Shown: piece by piece, positions 14,031-25,233 of the stretch
Position numbering within the stretch: the first letter of the stretch is position 1
Layout: each line of letters starts with the position of its first letter
Source: Psilocybe cubensis
Lineage: Eukaryota
Assembly (NCBI GenBank): GCA_017499595.2
Contig: CM039010.1
Span: forward strand, 2,170,001-2,234,000
Reading direction: 5' to 3'
DNA length: 64,000 nucleotides
Program-made: the position numbers and the translations under genes
Notes under the pieces: generated by a model
What the model was told of the DNA's origin: nothing
The model's input: only the letters and a program-made list of their open reading frames with translations
Databases searched by the model: none

Positions 14031-14652
14031 TATGCAGTGGTTCTTTGACAAAAAGCCACGTTAATAGCATTGAATTCCTTTCAGATGGCTTATACTGATG
14101 CACTTGACTCCGATTATTTTTATGTTGGGTTTGCGTTCCGTACCAAATATCTTGAAGTTCGCACATACCATGATACATTTTGTCCAAAAGATAATAGCAA
14201 GAAGCCTTCTGAAGTTCTATCTAATTTAACTCAAGATTGACCCGGAGACGAGGAAGCAGCGGATGCGGCACACGTTATTTTAACTTTTTGTATAGGTACC
14301 TTACCGAGTGACTGGTTGCTTGGACTCCTGAAGGCTTGATTTAGTTGTTGTCTGACGGAGACATCAGACTGATAAAGCGCTGTGGCCCAACTGTGATCTT
14401 TCATCCCCATCGTATTTCAATCCCTACATTAGCGACATCTCTTACTTGCCTATAGTCATCCTTCTCGCGAATGCGCTAATTTATCCTCACTGCACACCGT
14501 TACATCTTTCCCCTCGATATAATTCTTGTCAACAGTCCCTGTCCTAGGTCTAACTTTGCTTATCCAGGCTCTGCTTTCATATCCCGTTCTGTCACAAAGT
14601 CTCTCATACCACATATATCTTGCAAACACGGTCGGGAAGTATCAACTCGATC

Positions 14653-16360
14653 ATGTCAAAATCGAAGAAGCAATCCTCAAAACATAAATCCTGCTTGAAT
14701 CAACAGGCTCGTGCTCAAAGAAAGGACGATGTAGCGAAAGATCAGAAGAGACAGTACGTATGAAAGATTCCGCCTGTCATTCCACTTTAATTTCTACAAT
14801 GTGTCCTTACTATCCCTTTGATTCATCTATGATAGCAAGATGAGTAGGAGGGAAAGGAATTCACTGCCCGTCGCCGAAGAAGTGAGCGAGAAAGTCGAGC
14901 AACTCACCGATATAATGTTGCACAAGTCAGCGAAGTATGGTCTGATCAGCTTTGTGGAAGAGTGAGTGTGACTACATGATACTCAAGTAAAATACCCTGA
15001 TTGGATCCGTGCCATCTCTATCCTTTGGATGGATGATAGAACATCGAAGCAGCTCACCCGGGACGGACGCGCGTTTATTCGCCTCCTCGACTCTTTTGGA
15101 TGCTTCACTAACAAGGAGATCGCATCGGCGCTTGGTACGAATGCGCCCGCAGTCCAGCGTACTTTGGAGAACAGATACGGAAAGGTTGATGACGACTTCG
15201 ACGAAGACGAGGATACCTATGTGAGATTCCCGACGCATAGAAAAAAGTTACGCCATTTTGTGAGCTTTATTTGCTGTTCGTACGCTTGCAGCTCATTAAA
15301 TTGGTCTGTCCCTAGGTCAATTCATTGGTGCCCGTTCAGGTTTCAGAGCCAGAAAAGAACGAATCGACGTCTAAAAAGGTGATTTCAGTTTTTGTTGTTG
15401 AGTAATAATTTTGCAGAAATGCTGACCGTAGATCCTTGCTTTAGAGGAAGAGAAGAAAGAGGAAGAAGGTACAATACTATCCATTTCTTTGGAACAATGC
15501 AAGAGGCTTACAATTTCATCTTCTTTGGCGTTTATAGAAGACGGAATGCGAACCTTGCTGCCAGGAAGAAGTCAAAAGAGAGTCTCACAGTGATGACGAC
15601 CAGGTCTCCAACTCTGCCTCCACCGACAACTTCAATATCTTCACATCGACCAGGGCCAAAAAGGTAGCAGCTTACTCTGAAAGAGACGATGACTCTGAGG
15701 GATATGACCCAAAAAACGATTCGGATATGAACTCGGATAGCTCTGTAGAGGACGAGCGTCATCAGAAAGTGAGTAAATGAAGATTAATTTTCCCGCTGTG
15801 TTCACCGGGTGCTTATTGCTATACGTGTATAGCAGCATAAAACTAGATCCAAACACAATGTATCAATATCTTGTGGCAAGGCGAAGGACGCCAGGTCGAC
15901 CAAAAGCAGACAGGAGGTATGTCATCCACAAAAATCCACAGTTGGTTGTCGTCTGAAAATTGAATTCGAGATGCGAAGCACCGTGGGCAAACCCCCTCCG
16001 TCTCCTGTATCTGTCAGAGGCACCCCTCCCCCCAAGACCAAGAAGCGCAAGTCGCAGGAGATGCTCTCCATTCCCCGCTACGCTCAATCAAAGGTATCCA
16101 ATCACAGAAACTTCGCCGACGACGACATACGAGTTAAAGCCTTTTTCGTATCGCGTGGCTACGACTCGGACCCGGTAGTGGAGGATCTAATTGCAGCTGG
16201 ATTAGGGCCGAAGGAATTGCAGGTCCTGCGAGAGAAGACTAGGAAGGCAGTTGTCAAACAGCTTCGGAGATGGGGGAACCTTCTTCCCATCAAAGCTGAC
16301 GCCTTAGCACAAGCAATCGAATCGGCGAGCTCAAAAGACTGGAAAAAGTTAGCTGGGTAG
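14653..16360 (+). CDS. Orphan-family copy B (tandem paralogue of copy A)
   Basis: SKQLTRDGRAFIRLL...KEIASALGTNAPAVQRTLENRYG and GKPPPSPVS...IKADALAQAIESASSKDWKKL match copy A. Multi-exon; internal boundaries are approximate. Confidence 0.8.
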
Positions 16361-16681
16361 TCACAGAAACACGGACAAGTTATCATGAATAGATGTACAC
16401 TGAAAACAATTACACATTCGTTCTTCATAAAACCAATATGCAATTTCAGTGCCAATCGCAGCCTTCTTACCCACATATTTTCCAAAGCACGAAATGAATT
16501 ACATTTTAGTCTGGAGTGACTATTCGGAGAACATGAAGCTGACCCAAAGGTAATCCGATTGTACTTGAGTAGCCTTCACTTAGGTGGTCTGATAGGCGGG
16601 GACTGATAGTACAGTGATTGTATGTCATTGACTCAGCGCAAATCGTAGCAAAAAACATAACATCATGTAGGTATGGAGCAT

Positions 16682-17410
16682 CTAGTAGACGTATCCAAGG
16701 AGCTTGCCTCCGACGTTCTTGCGACGAGCCTCCTCGTGGTCGAGAATTCCGGAAGAAGTGGTCTGCAAGTCGGGTTAAAACCAAGAATCTTGCATAGGAA
16801 AACTATACGACATACAAGGATGATAATACCGAAACCTCTAGCGGGGAGGAGCAAGTTGACCCAAGACTCGATCTGGGAGTGTTGGATGTTGAAGCGGGGG
16901 GAGATGACACCAGTTTTGTTGAGACGTCCGTTGAGTTGGACGACAATTTTGCCAGAGCGGTGGTCATCGATGATCTCGAACTCGCCGATGTAACCTGGGT
17001 GAGAAAATCAGCAAAAGAAAATAAGGATTGTTTTAGGAAATGAAAAGAATGTGGACTCGTCAGTGAACTCGTGTCCATGGGTAGTGCAGACACATGCTAT
17101 TTGGTTATAGAGACCACGGTTTGATATTTCGGAGACTTAAAACGAAGCACGCGTAGAATTAACCGCGTTTTCCGTAGTTATACCCCGAGAAAGTAAAGAA
17201 CTGAATCAACAATGTGTGGATGCTCACCGTGACGCTGCATGACGCTCAAGAACTTGACAACGACTTTGGATGAGGGGCGGATGAGCACCTGGCGCTTTCC
17301 ACGGCGCTCGGCGTTGACGATGTTGTTCAAGCAGTCATTCTATACAGATTTCAGAGAACATTCGGGCCAAAAAAGTGAGCACAACTCACGAGGACGGATA
17401 CGCGAACCAT
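16682..17410 (-). CDS. RPS22: 40S ribosomal protein S22/S15A (uS8)
   Basis: Exons 17410-17390, 17339-17228, 16994-16816 and 16762-16682 give [33 protein letters not shown]...[26 protein letters not shown]...GGKLLGYVY. Confidence 0.97.
17047..17190 (-). ncRNA. SNR44: Intronic box H/ACA snoRNA, snR44-like (guide for 18S rRNA Psi106, yeast numbering)
   Basis: Lies in the 233-nt intron 2 of RPS22. Hairpin 1 (UCGGGG/CUCCGA) has pocket strands UAUAACU (17182-17176) and UUUAA (17141-17137). H box AUAUCA (17127-17122), hairpin 2 (GUGGUCUC/GAGUCCAC; UGUGUC/GACACG), ACA at 17052-17050. Confidence 0.88.
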
Positions 17411-17747
17411 TTTGAATTTTAGGGTGCTGAAAGATGGAGAGTAAGCAAGATTCCAGAGCCCAGAATGAGTGTCGCGCTACGGAAAGCACGAGTCAAGCAG
17501 GCTTTTAAAAGAAAGAGAACAACCTTGGGAGCGACGGCGGCGACGACGAGGGCGGTGAGTTGAGCGAACTGTGTCTGGCTTTTTGTGCAGACACACTTGA
17601 GCCTGGGGAATGTCCAAAAATGGCAATTGTGCTGTACAGGACTAACTCAGCCACCGCGGAGTTTGCCGGGCTTGCTGGCCAGACGGCCGCCCAGTTTTCC
17701 GCCGCCGTCAAGACCACTCTCCTCATCGTCAAGTCGCTTAAAGAACC
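17411..17747. promoter_or_regulatory. Shared divergent promoter/5'UTR region of RPS22 and RPS17
   Basis: Only 337 bp lie between the two head-to-head start codons. No specific motif is claimed. Confidence 0.6.
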
Positions 17748-18404
17748 ATGGTGCTCATCGTTTATGCCGTCTCCAACACCCAGTGACGCTGACAGTATCA
17801 TTTAGGGTCGCGTTCGCACGAAAACCACCAAGAGGGCCTCCAGAGTCCTCATCGAAAAATAGTGAGTAAGGCCATAAAATTCATCTAGTCGTAATTGAAC
17901 TTATTGTTCCAATCGATAGCTACCCCCGCTTGACCCTCGATTTCCACACCAACAAGCGTATTATCGATGAAGTCGTGCGTATTTGCACCCAAATTTCAAG
18001 TCGCACACCCACTTAAGTGAAATATTAGGCTGTTGTTCCCTCCAAGCGTCTCCGCAACAAAATCTCGGGATTCACCACCCACTTGATGAAGCGTATCCAG
18101 CGTGGTCCCGTCCGTGGTATCTCCTTCAAACTCCAGGAGGAGGAACGTGAGCGCAAGGACAACTACGTCCCTGAAGTCTCGGCTCTCGATACTTCCGCTG
18201 GTCTCGAAGTTGACCCTGATACCAAGGTGCGTAACTGTACTGTTATTCGTTATCGAAAAGTCGGCTAAAATATCTTTGAAGGCCCTCCTCGAGTCGTTGA
18301 ACTTTGATTCCATCCCTGTCAATGTCATCGTCCCTGTTCTCGCCGCCCCCGAGCGTGGCCCCCGCCGCAGCCAGCGAGCTGTTCCTGGTGCCGCCCGCAC
18401 ATGA
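17748..18404 (+). CDS. RPS17: 40S ribosomal protein S17 (eS17)
   Basis: ATG-only first coding exon (17748-17750), intron 17751-17805, then [18 protein letters not shown]...[44 protein letters not shown]. Confidence 0.97.
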
Positions 18405-18800
18405 TTTATTCCTTTCTTTCGGCGACTTCGACACCCTCTGAAATCACCATCCTCCATCGCACAACACTTTGGGTAGGGTAGGCACATGGGGAAGATGTTA
18501 GATGATTGGAGGGTGGTCAGCGTATGATCCCATATGCAATTTTATGATTTGCCTTGTATTCATTGACACAATATTGCACGCATCCCAAGAGAGTGTGACC
18601 CCGCCTATAGTGTTATTCCTAAGTTCCCAGTTTCAGGATACTGAAGCTATCCTGTTACCCCGCACAATCAGCTTTTAATTTCTGGTTCTTCGATTCGTTC
18701 GCAACCTTGCGATTGGTACTTTCATCTCTCGCGTACCGGCCCGTTGAGCGATCTTTTACTCTGATCACGCGAGACCCGGTCTTCATTTTAACAGTCAACT

Positions 18801-19212
18801 ATGAGCACCTCTGACGATTCGTTCCAGCTGTACGATCTACGAGTAGAAGTTGTATGTCCTCCTGGGGAAAGAATTCTCTGTGGTGCGAAGCAAGGCGATC
18901 ACTTCATACTACAAGGAGAGATGCTCCATCTGCCTCCTGGTCAAGGATTCTCTATCTACTCACTGGGTATGGATCGCATTTGGCGTCTTTAATCGTTGAT
19001 CCAAGTAAAGTTATACGACTCCCTTAGCGGCGGTGCTCCCACTTTTGGCAGCGAAACAGAGGGCGACTCATCCTAACGATTGGATGACCACCGATGGAGA
19101 GATCGCATGCCCTGATCCTCACTGCAAGTCACGCTTGAAAATAGAGAGGATTGGGCTGCGCACGTTCAGACATTCGGAGGTCACCGTTGTTCCCCTTGAT
19201 AAGACAGCTTGA
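18801..19212 (+). CDS. TIGR04076-like small protein
   Basis: Exons 18801-18966 and 19028-19212: DDSFQLYDLRVEVV...CGAKQGDHF...PPGQGFSIYSLAAVLPLLAAKQR...NDWMTTDGEIACPDPHC. Family recognised from memory. Confidence 0.8.
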
Positions 19213-20363
19213 TTTCTGATGGTGTGCTTTGTGGTCCAAATGAGAGTTCTAGGTGAGCGACGACCCTGAATTTGTTCCATGATGGGTGCGAACTGATATG
19301 TTGGATTTTCGTATGGATAAGAATTAGTATCTCATTATGTGATTATCCGTGGTGAATGGCATAAGTTCGCCGTGCTGAGCCGAACTCTTTTTTCTTCATT
19401 CAGTCCCAAGTCTCCAAGAGTCTTCTACAACAATGTCAAAAGACGAGGGAGGAGAAGTAGTGCTTCTATGCCGCCGGTTAATCCATCGTCATATGATACT
19501 ACTCCTGCGGTATCATTTTAAAAATAAAGTCTTCAATTGAACAGGGCTCTTGAGATTTGTCGAGAACTCTCCCAGCGCGAATAGTCGACGTCAATCTCGG
19601 TGAATGTTTTATTCCTTTTGTAAGGTATTGCTTAATACTAGTCTGCAATCATGATCGCTGTACGCGGACAGCGATCTTAACGTATACAGTATAGTATAGG
19701 CAAGTAATTAATGTTTCTTATTAAGGAGATCTACTTGAAATTGATTTTACGCTGTGGGGGACTGAGGAGGACCTGACGACCTTCCCGAGCAGCTCGGGTG
19801 CACCTGCGGAAGAGCGGGCCAAAATATATACATGTGGTGGCTTGGTTTTATTCTTTGTAGCGTGCTGTCGGCGGATAAATTAACGATTCGTTCAAAGCCC
19901 ACGAGCGCGGGTGTCGCCAAGCGCTCCATCATCACCGTTGAAGACATCATATCCACAGCCTTTTCGCCGCGGAGGACGGGCGAGACTACGGACGCGCACC
20001 CCAAGGAAGCGGCAGATTCTGATCATTTTTAATAAGTCGTCGCTAGCCACTTCCAACGCCGTTCCACGGAGTGCAGAGAGCACTGTTCTCGGTTGAGCCG
20101 AGGTGCTGAGCAGGGTGGGGGGACTAATTTGCACGTTAAAATAGCAGATCTTTGTGAGATAACCGTACTGGGGACGGGAAATGGAGGCGCTCGTTCGACG
20201 GGTGACATCAAAAAGCCAATGCTCTCGTTAGATGATTGTCTATTGCTAGTATAATATTGTACAAATGATGGAGAGATATACTGCTATATGCATATGTGTG
20301 TGTGCGAGAAGTAATAGATGCTGAGGGAAATATAGGAAGAGATCCCGGGGGGAGTTGTGGATC

Positions 20364-21280
20364 TCACAGTCGGGAGAGGACTGGCTGCATCTTGCTGAGA
20401 AACGCCGATGCTATCATACGTCCACTCTTTTTGTCGATGATCTATGGTACGAAAGAGGCGGCCTCAGAAAAATGGAGAAAGAATCTAAAATTATTGGGCT
20501 AGTTCTCACCTCGCACCGAGATGACATCACACGCCCGCCCAAAGCAATAGATGTGCTAACGATTTGGAGGATAGTTCCTCTACAATAATGGACACAATTA
20601 GACGCGCCTTGAAGAGGGGAACGAAGAGAACCTACCGAGGAGCAGGAGAGTGGAATAGAACGTTCATTGACTGGGTAACGCCAACACCATTGGCGTCTTG
20701 GATGAGTCCCAAAACAACGAGAGGCGTGCTGCAGCAACTATAGTGGATCCCGAATCAGTCGCATGCTTGTGAGACAGAGAGGAGCCGGTTTACTTGTCTA
20801 TCAGATATGCGACGCAGCCCCCGTGTAGCATTCCGGCGCCGTTTAGCATATCTATAAATTGCCCAGAGTTCCCAGTCAAGGCGTGTCCCTGCTCGGTGAA
20901 TTAAAATGCGGGTGTTACTCACGTTTTGTCACCTCTATCTCAGCCGTGGTGGTAGCCTCTAGTCTCCCCTGTCGTTCCATTTTTCTGTTTACGTTCACGT
21001 CGGTGAACTTGACCGACTTGCCGACTTTGAAGCCAAAGGAGCCCTCCTCGCCGACGCCATAAGTCATGAAGGTGTTGTAGTTTAGCTGTTTGACGTAGTC
21101 TGGGGCGTTCCCTCCGATATACGAAGCGTGACCGTGGTGGGGTAGAGACGCCGGATCAACCCAAGCTTTGACTGGCTCAGGCGGTGGCGGAGGGTTGGAG
21201 ATTATATCATGAGACTGGAGGGTAGCCGAGAGGGCGGCAAGCGACGAGGACGAGGTGGTAGATAATTGTCTAGAGGACAT
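20364..21280 (-). CDS. PaaI/HotDog-fold acyl-CoA thioesterase
   Basis: Spliced exons give EIEVTK.MLNGAGMLHGGCVAYLID...GVTQSMNVLFHSPAP.GTILQIVSTSIALGGRVMSSRCE. NxxGxLHGG is the PaaI signature. Confidence 0.88.
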
Positions 21281-22648
21281 GATTGATTCTAGTTTTGTTC
21301 AAGGAGGAGGGGGATGAAGTAGCCAAGGGTTTGGAGCAAGCGGATTCTTGTACCTTTGCGATTCCCAGTCAAGCGTGTGTATGTAAACTGGACACCTTAA
21401 CTAGGCGAGGCCCTAGGATAGGATGTGAGATCCAGAAGGCTCTGCTTCTTCCACGTGGGACATACATTTTGAGATTGAAAAGAAGGTAAGTAACCCGCAG
21501 ATTCTTTTAGAGACACCGTAGGAAAATGAGGTGGGTTTGGTGCGGATCGTTGGAGGGGCCTTTTGATCAATTATGTCCCTGTTGCTAGCCGGTCGGCAGA
21601 CACAAATGCCAGTAAAGGTCTTTGGATGAAATGGAGATACACCATCGTGCAACACGATTAGAGTAGATCTGGCCAGTGGCAGTTGGGAGTAGCACTGCAG
21701 CCGAATGTCCGACAATATCAAAACAGCGCTGCCGAGATGGTATGTATAAACATCCAAAGATGTAACTGGCACTCGAGTGAGAATGTCCTGAGAGGAATGT
21801 TCAAGAAAGAGGTATCATATTTATGGTTTTGCTGATTAATCAATTCGAGGACGAAACCTCGGAACTTGTACAGGCAGAATGCTCTGCCCTGCCAATGGCC
21901 GTCAATCGGTGCGCTGAGAATTAGAGAGTGGTCATAATTTCCGTCAGACCTGTGACGTTTGTAAAAAAGGAATAACGCCGTTTACTAATAGTTGCAAGTG
22001 CGAACAAAACTCAAAAGGGCGGTAATGAACCTCGTGATGTCGACGAAGCAACACTTTTAGAAAGTTCATGCTTCTCTGGACGAATGGGTTGCTTGGGTCA
22101 GATCCTTTGGCTTTCCAGTGATCAAAAGACGGACGTGGGACATTGTCTGATGTCATTTACCGTATACATCATTTCCACAGCGTAATGCTCAGGAGCAACT
22201 GAGGCGTACCTTCTGTGGTGAATAATCTCAATGTCAAACAAGCGCCATTACGTTCCTGCCAAGTTTCGTATGCTCGAATTCTGCACTACACAAATACCTG
22301 TGATTTCCAGAAATTCAACTGATTAACGCTCTGGAAAATGCATTTCAATAATTTTGACACCTCCTTTCTTTCGACTTTACGATTTTGGCGGATATTAAAC
22401 CTCATTGTCTGGCACATTCTGCCCGATCTTGTAAAAGGACGTGGATCATTTCAAGTAGCAGTAATATCTGCAACGACGAGCAACATCGATAAAGCCCGAT
22501 ATGCCCGTCTGTGTTGACAACGGATCAATCAATGATCTGAAGAAATCAAGCATGAAAGTGGCAGCAAGTAGAGTTAACTTGTGATGATATAGACCAGTTC
22601 AAGACAGATTAGGGCGTATATACAAGCTACAAGACACCAAAAAAGGAA

Positions 22649-24652
22649 TCACAATGACTTGTTGGGGTCCGAATGAGGAAGTATACAGGGCTCCATTAAC
22701 GCCTCTCCTCTCTGATTTTTGAAGAACAAGATATCACCTTCGTTTTCAACGAAGACGCACTGGGTAAAGGATCTCCAGAGTGCATATAGAGCAGGCTGAC
22801 GTCGATCAACGATTGAAGCCGCGGAAATTAATACAAGAACGACTTACAGTAGAGTCGTAATTATAGTAGTCTCCAAGAATGGGTTTAATGGCATCCGTCG
22901 CTTCGGGCAGATTATCTGGTCAAGTGTGAGTTTTTCGCGAGCTTGTGATACGACAATCTTCTCACAGAATGGGATGCTTGGGAAGAAGTGATGAGCAACA
23001 TGGTCGCTGCTAATCTGCATTTTCAGGCTGTCAGTATTGACCATCCTTGGTAGTAGTGATAATCAGCCAGAAGTTGGCACCGACATTGTGAAGAAAGAAG
23101 CGGCCGACCCAGCCAAATAAAGGGCGATCCACTGTCGCGAGGGCACCTCGAGCGAAGGTCCACTGATCCTGGAACGATCTTCATGAGTTTTTCATTCATT
23201 AGACTTCTTCTTCGTGGACCCGTGCCGTACCTTTCGATAATATGGGATCGTTGGATCGCTATGCTGTAAGTAGGTAAACAAGACAATCCTGCACATGGCA
23301 GCATAAGTGATTTTCCAGGGGTATATATAGCTCTTGGCATACCAGTTATGAGCAAACTACGTTACTGTCCATCAATAACCAACTTTTTGGGGATGATGTC
23401 GAACGGGTGCTTACGAGCCATGGCATGATATAATGACGAAGTAGCATGATCCACCCGAAGCGATGCCCGAACTCTACGAGCACCGCTAACATGCATAGAA
23501 TGCTGATATTGGAAACAATGATCGACGAGCCTGTGGTAAATTAACTGAGATAAGCGCCCATCAATAATTTCAAATTTAGTTGGGCCTTACGATCTTTCGG
23601 AGAAAACAACTTGGATGATGGTAGAAAATGCTGTGTGGTCGGTCGATATCAGCTCTGTGTCGTAGATGTATTGGATCAGGTCTTTTGTAACCTACACTTG
23701 TGAAAGAAGGGTATCTTGGGTTCCCTTTGCGGTTGTGCCTATTTCAAAGCTGAAGCGTTCAAAAGAATCATCATGTAGCCGATCAAATACGAACAACAAA
23801 TAAAGCTGGAATCCGCTAAAATTCCGAAGTCTTCAGGGTAGATCCATGATATCATGATGTAAGGTACTTACAAGAACTGACGCACAAACATCTTGAACAG
23901 GGTGTACGCTGGAGTTTCTTCGAGCAGTTCCTTGTAGTCCATCTTCACAGCAATTTCACCGCTGGGAAGCTTGAAATCTTTTCTCGTCATGGGCACATAC
24001 GTTTCATCACGCTCAATGTTGTTTGTTGACTTCTATTATGATTCTCAATGCGTCAGATAAATTAACGATTTGAGCTTGAGAAAAACATACGTGGTGAGTA
24101 TTGTGAGTGACCCTCCAAGCATAATATGGGGTCAGAACAAAGGTATGAACAGCCAATCCAATCGCAGCGTTGATGGGACGATATGGAGATAGTGCATTAT
24201 GGCCAGCCTATGTCGTCGATCTCAGTCTTCGACCTGATTAAGTGAAGGAAGGGGTATACTTCGTGTCCTTGAAACATCCTTTTTCAGATGAAACTGGGAG
24301 TGAATCAAAGAATGGGCGTACCTAAGCACCATAGCCCTGCAAACGTAATTCCTTGCCATCCCCAATACCATAACCAAAGGATAGGACGTATAAAGGAGAG
24401 TAAAACAAGTTCAAGAAAGTTCCCAACTGCGGGAGTAACAAAATCAATGGACAGAGAAAGTCGAAAGAATAGGTACATGAAGAAAATATGCCGGGATATA
24501 TACGCGAGACTCTTCACAGTTGACAGTTCGAAAAGATGACGAGGGACTGCCTGGCGTAGCTCATTGTACGACAAGTCAGGCGGCGTAAATTTTCTGCGTG
24601 TCTTTCGCGCTTCGTATTCGGGTCCGTCTTGAAAAAGTTGGAACCAAGGCAT
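22649..24652 (-). CDS. FAD2-like (delta-12/omega-6 type) membrane fatty acid desaturase
   Basis: Three His boxes HEAGH, HNTHH and HVAHH; RDETYVP, HSDPTIPYYR and ALATVDR motifs; many introns. Stop TGA at 22651-22649. Confidence 0.9.
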
Positions 24653-25233
24653 GGTTAGAAAATTAAGACTCGACCGAAGCGCAACTGACGACGGGAAGAA
24701 GTATACACAAAGAAGAGATAATGCAGGTGTAAAAAGCTGAGGACCGTTTTCTAAGCTATTCGTAAAGCTTTATAGTCTTTTTTTGACAGTGAAAGATTTG
24801 CAAGAGCCCCGGATGTGGAAATTGCCACTGTTTGACGCGACATGCCGAAACGGACTTTGCCCTCCTTCCGCGATCACGGAAAAAGCTTGTGAATGATATA
24901 ATCCCATCCGATCCGTTTTTTTTTGAGACAGACGGGTACCACAGCGACCTTCCAAGATGCCGCGATTTTGGGGATTTTCGATGCAGAGGTCTCGAAAAAT
25001 TCAAAAATTTGGCTAGTGCGTTTCCTATCGCGCAACATCGTGGGATGGAGATTGGTGCATTATACGTCAACTATTGAAAGCCTCCCTTATTTACAAGATG
25101 ATAGACTAGGGTCATGAGATTTTTAGCAAGGTCCAAAAGCTCCCTTCCCGCTTTTTCAGGGATTGATAAATACGATGGAGCATTAGAGTTCGAATTTTAT
25201 TGATTAGATAGGCTTTCGCGGGGATAAGAAAGT

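Noticed and set aside
19380-20210. Coding-like fragments here, at 5000-5880 and at 28200-29200
   Set aside because: No recognisable family or consistent frame; BLASTX would be needed.
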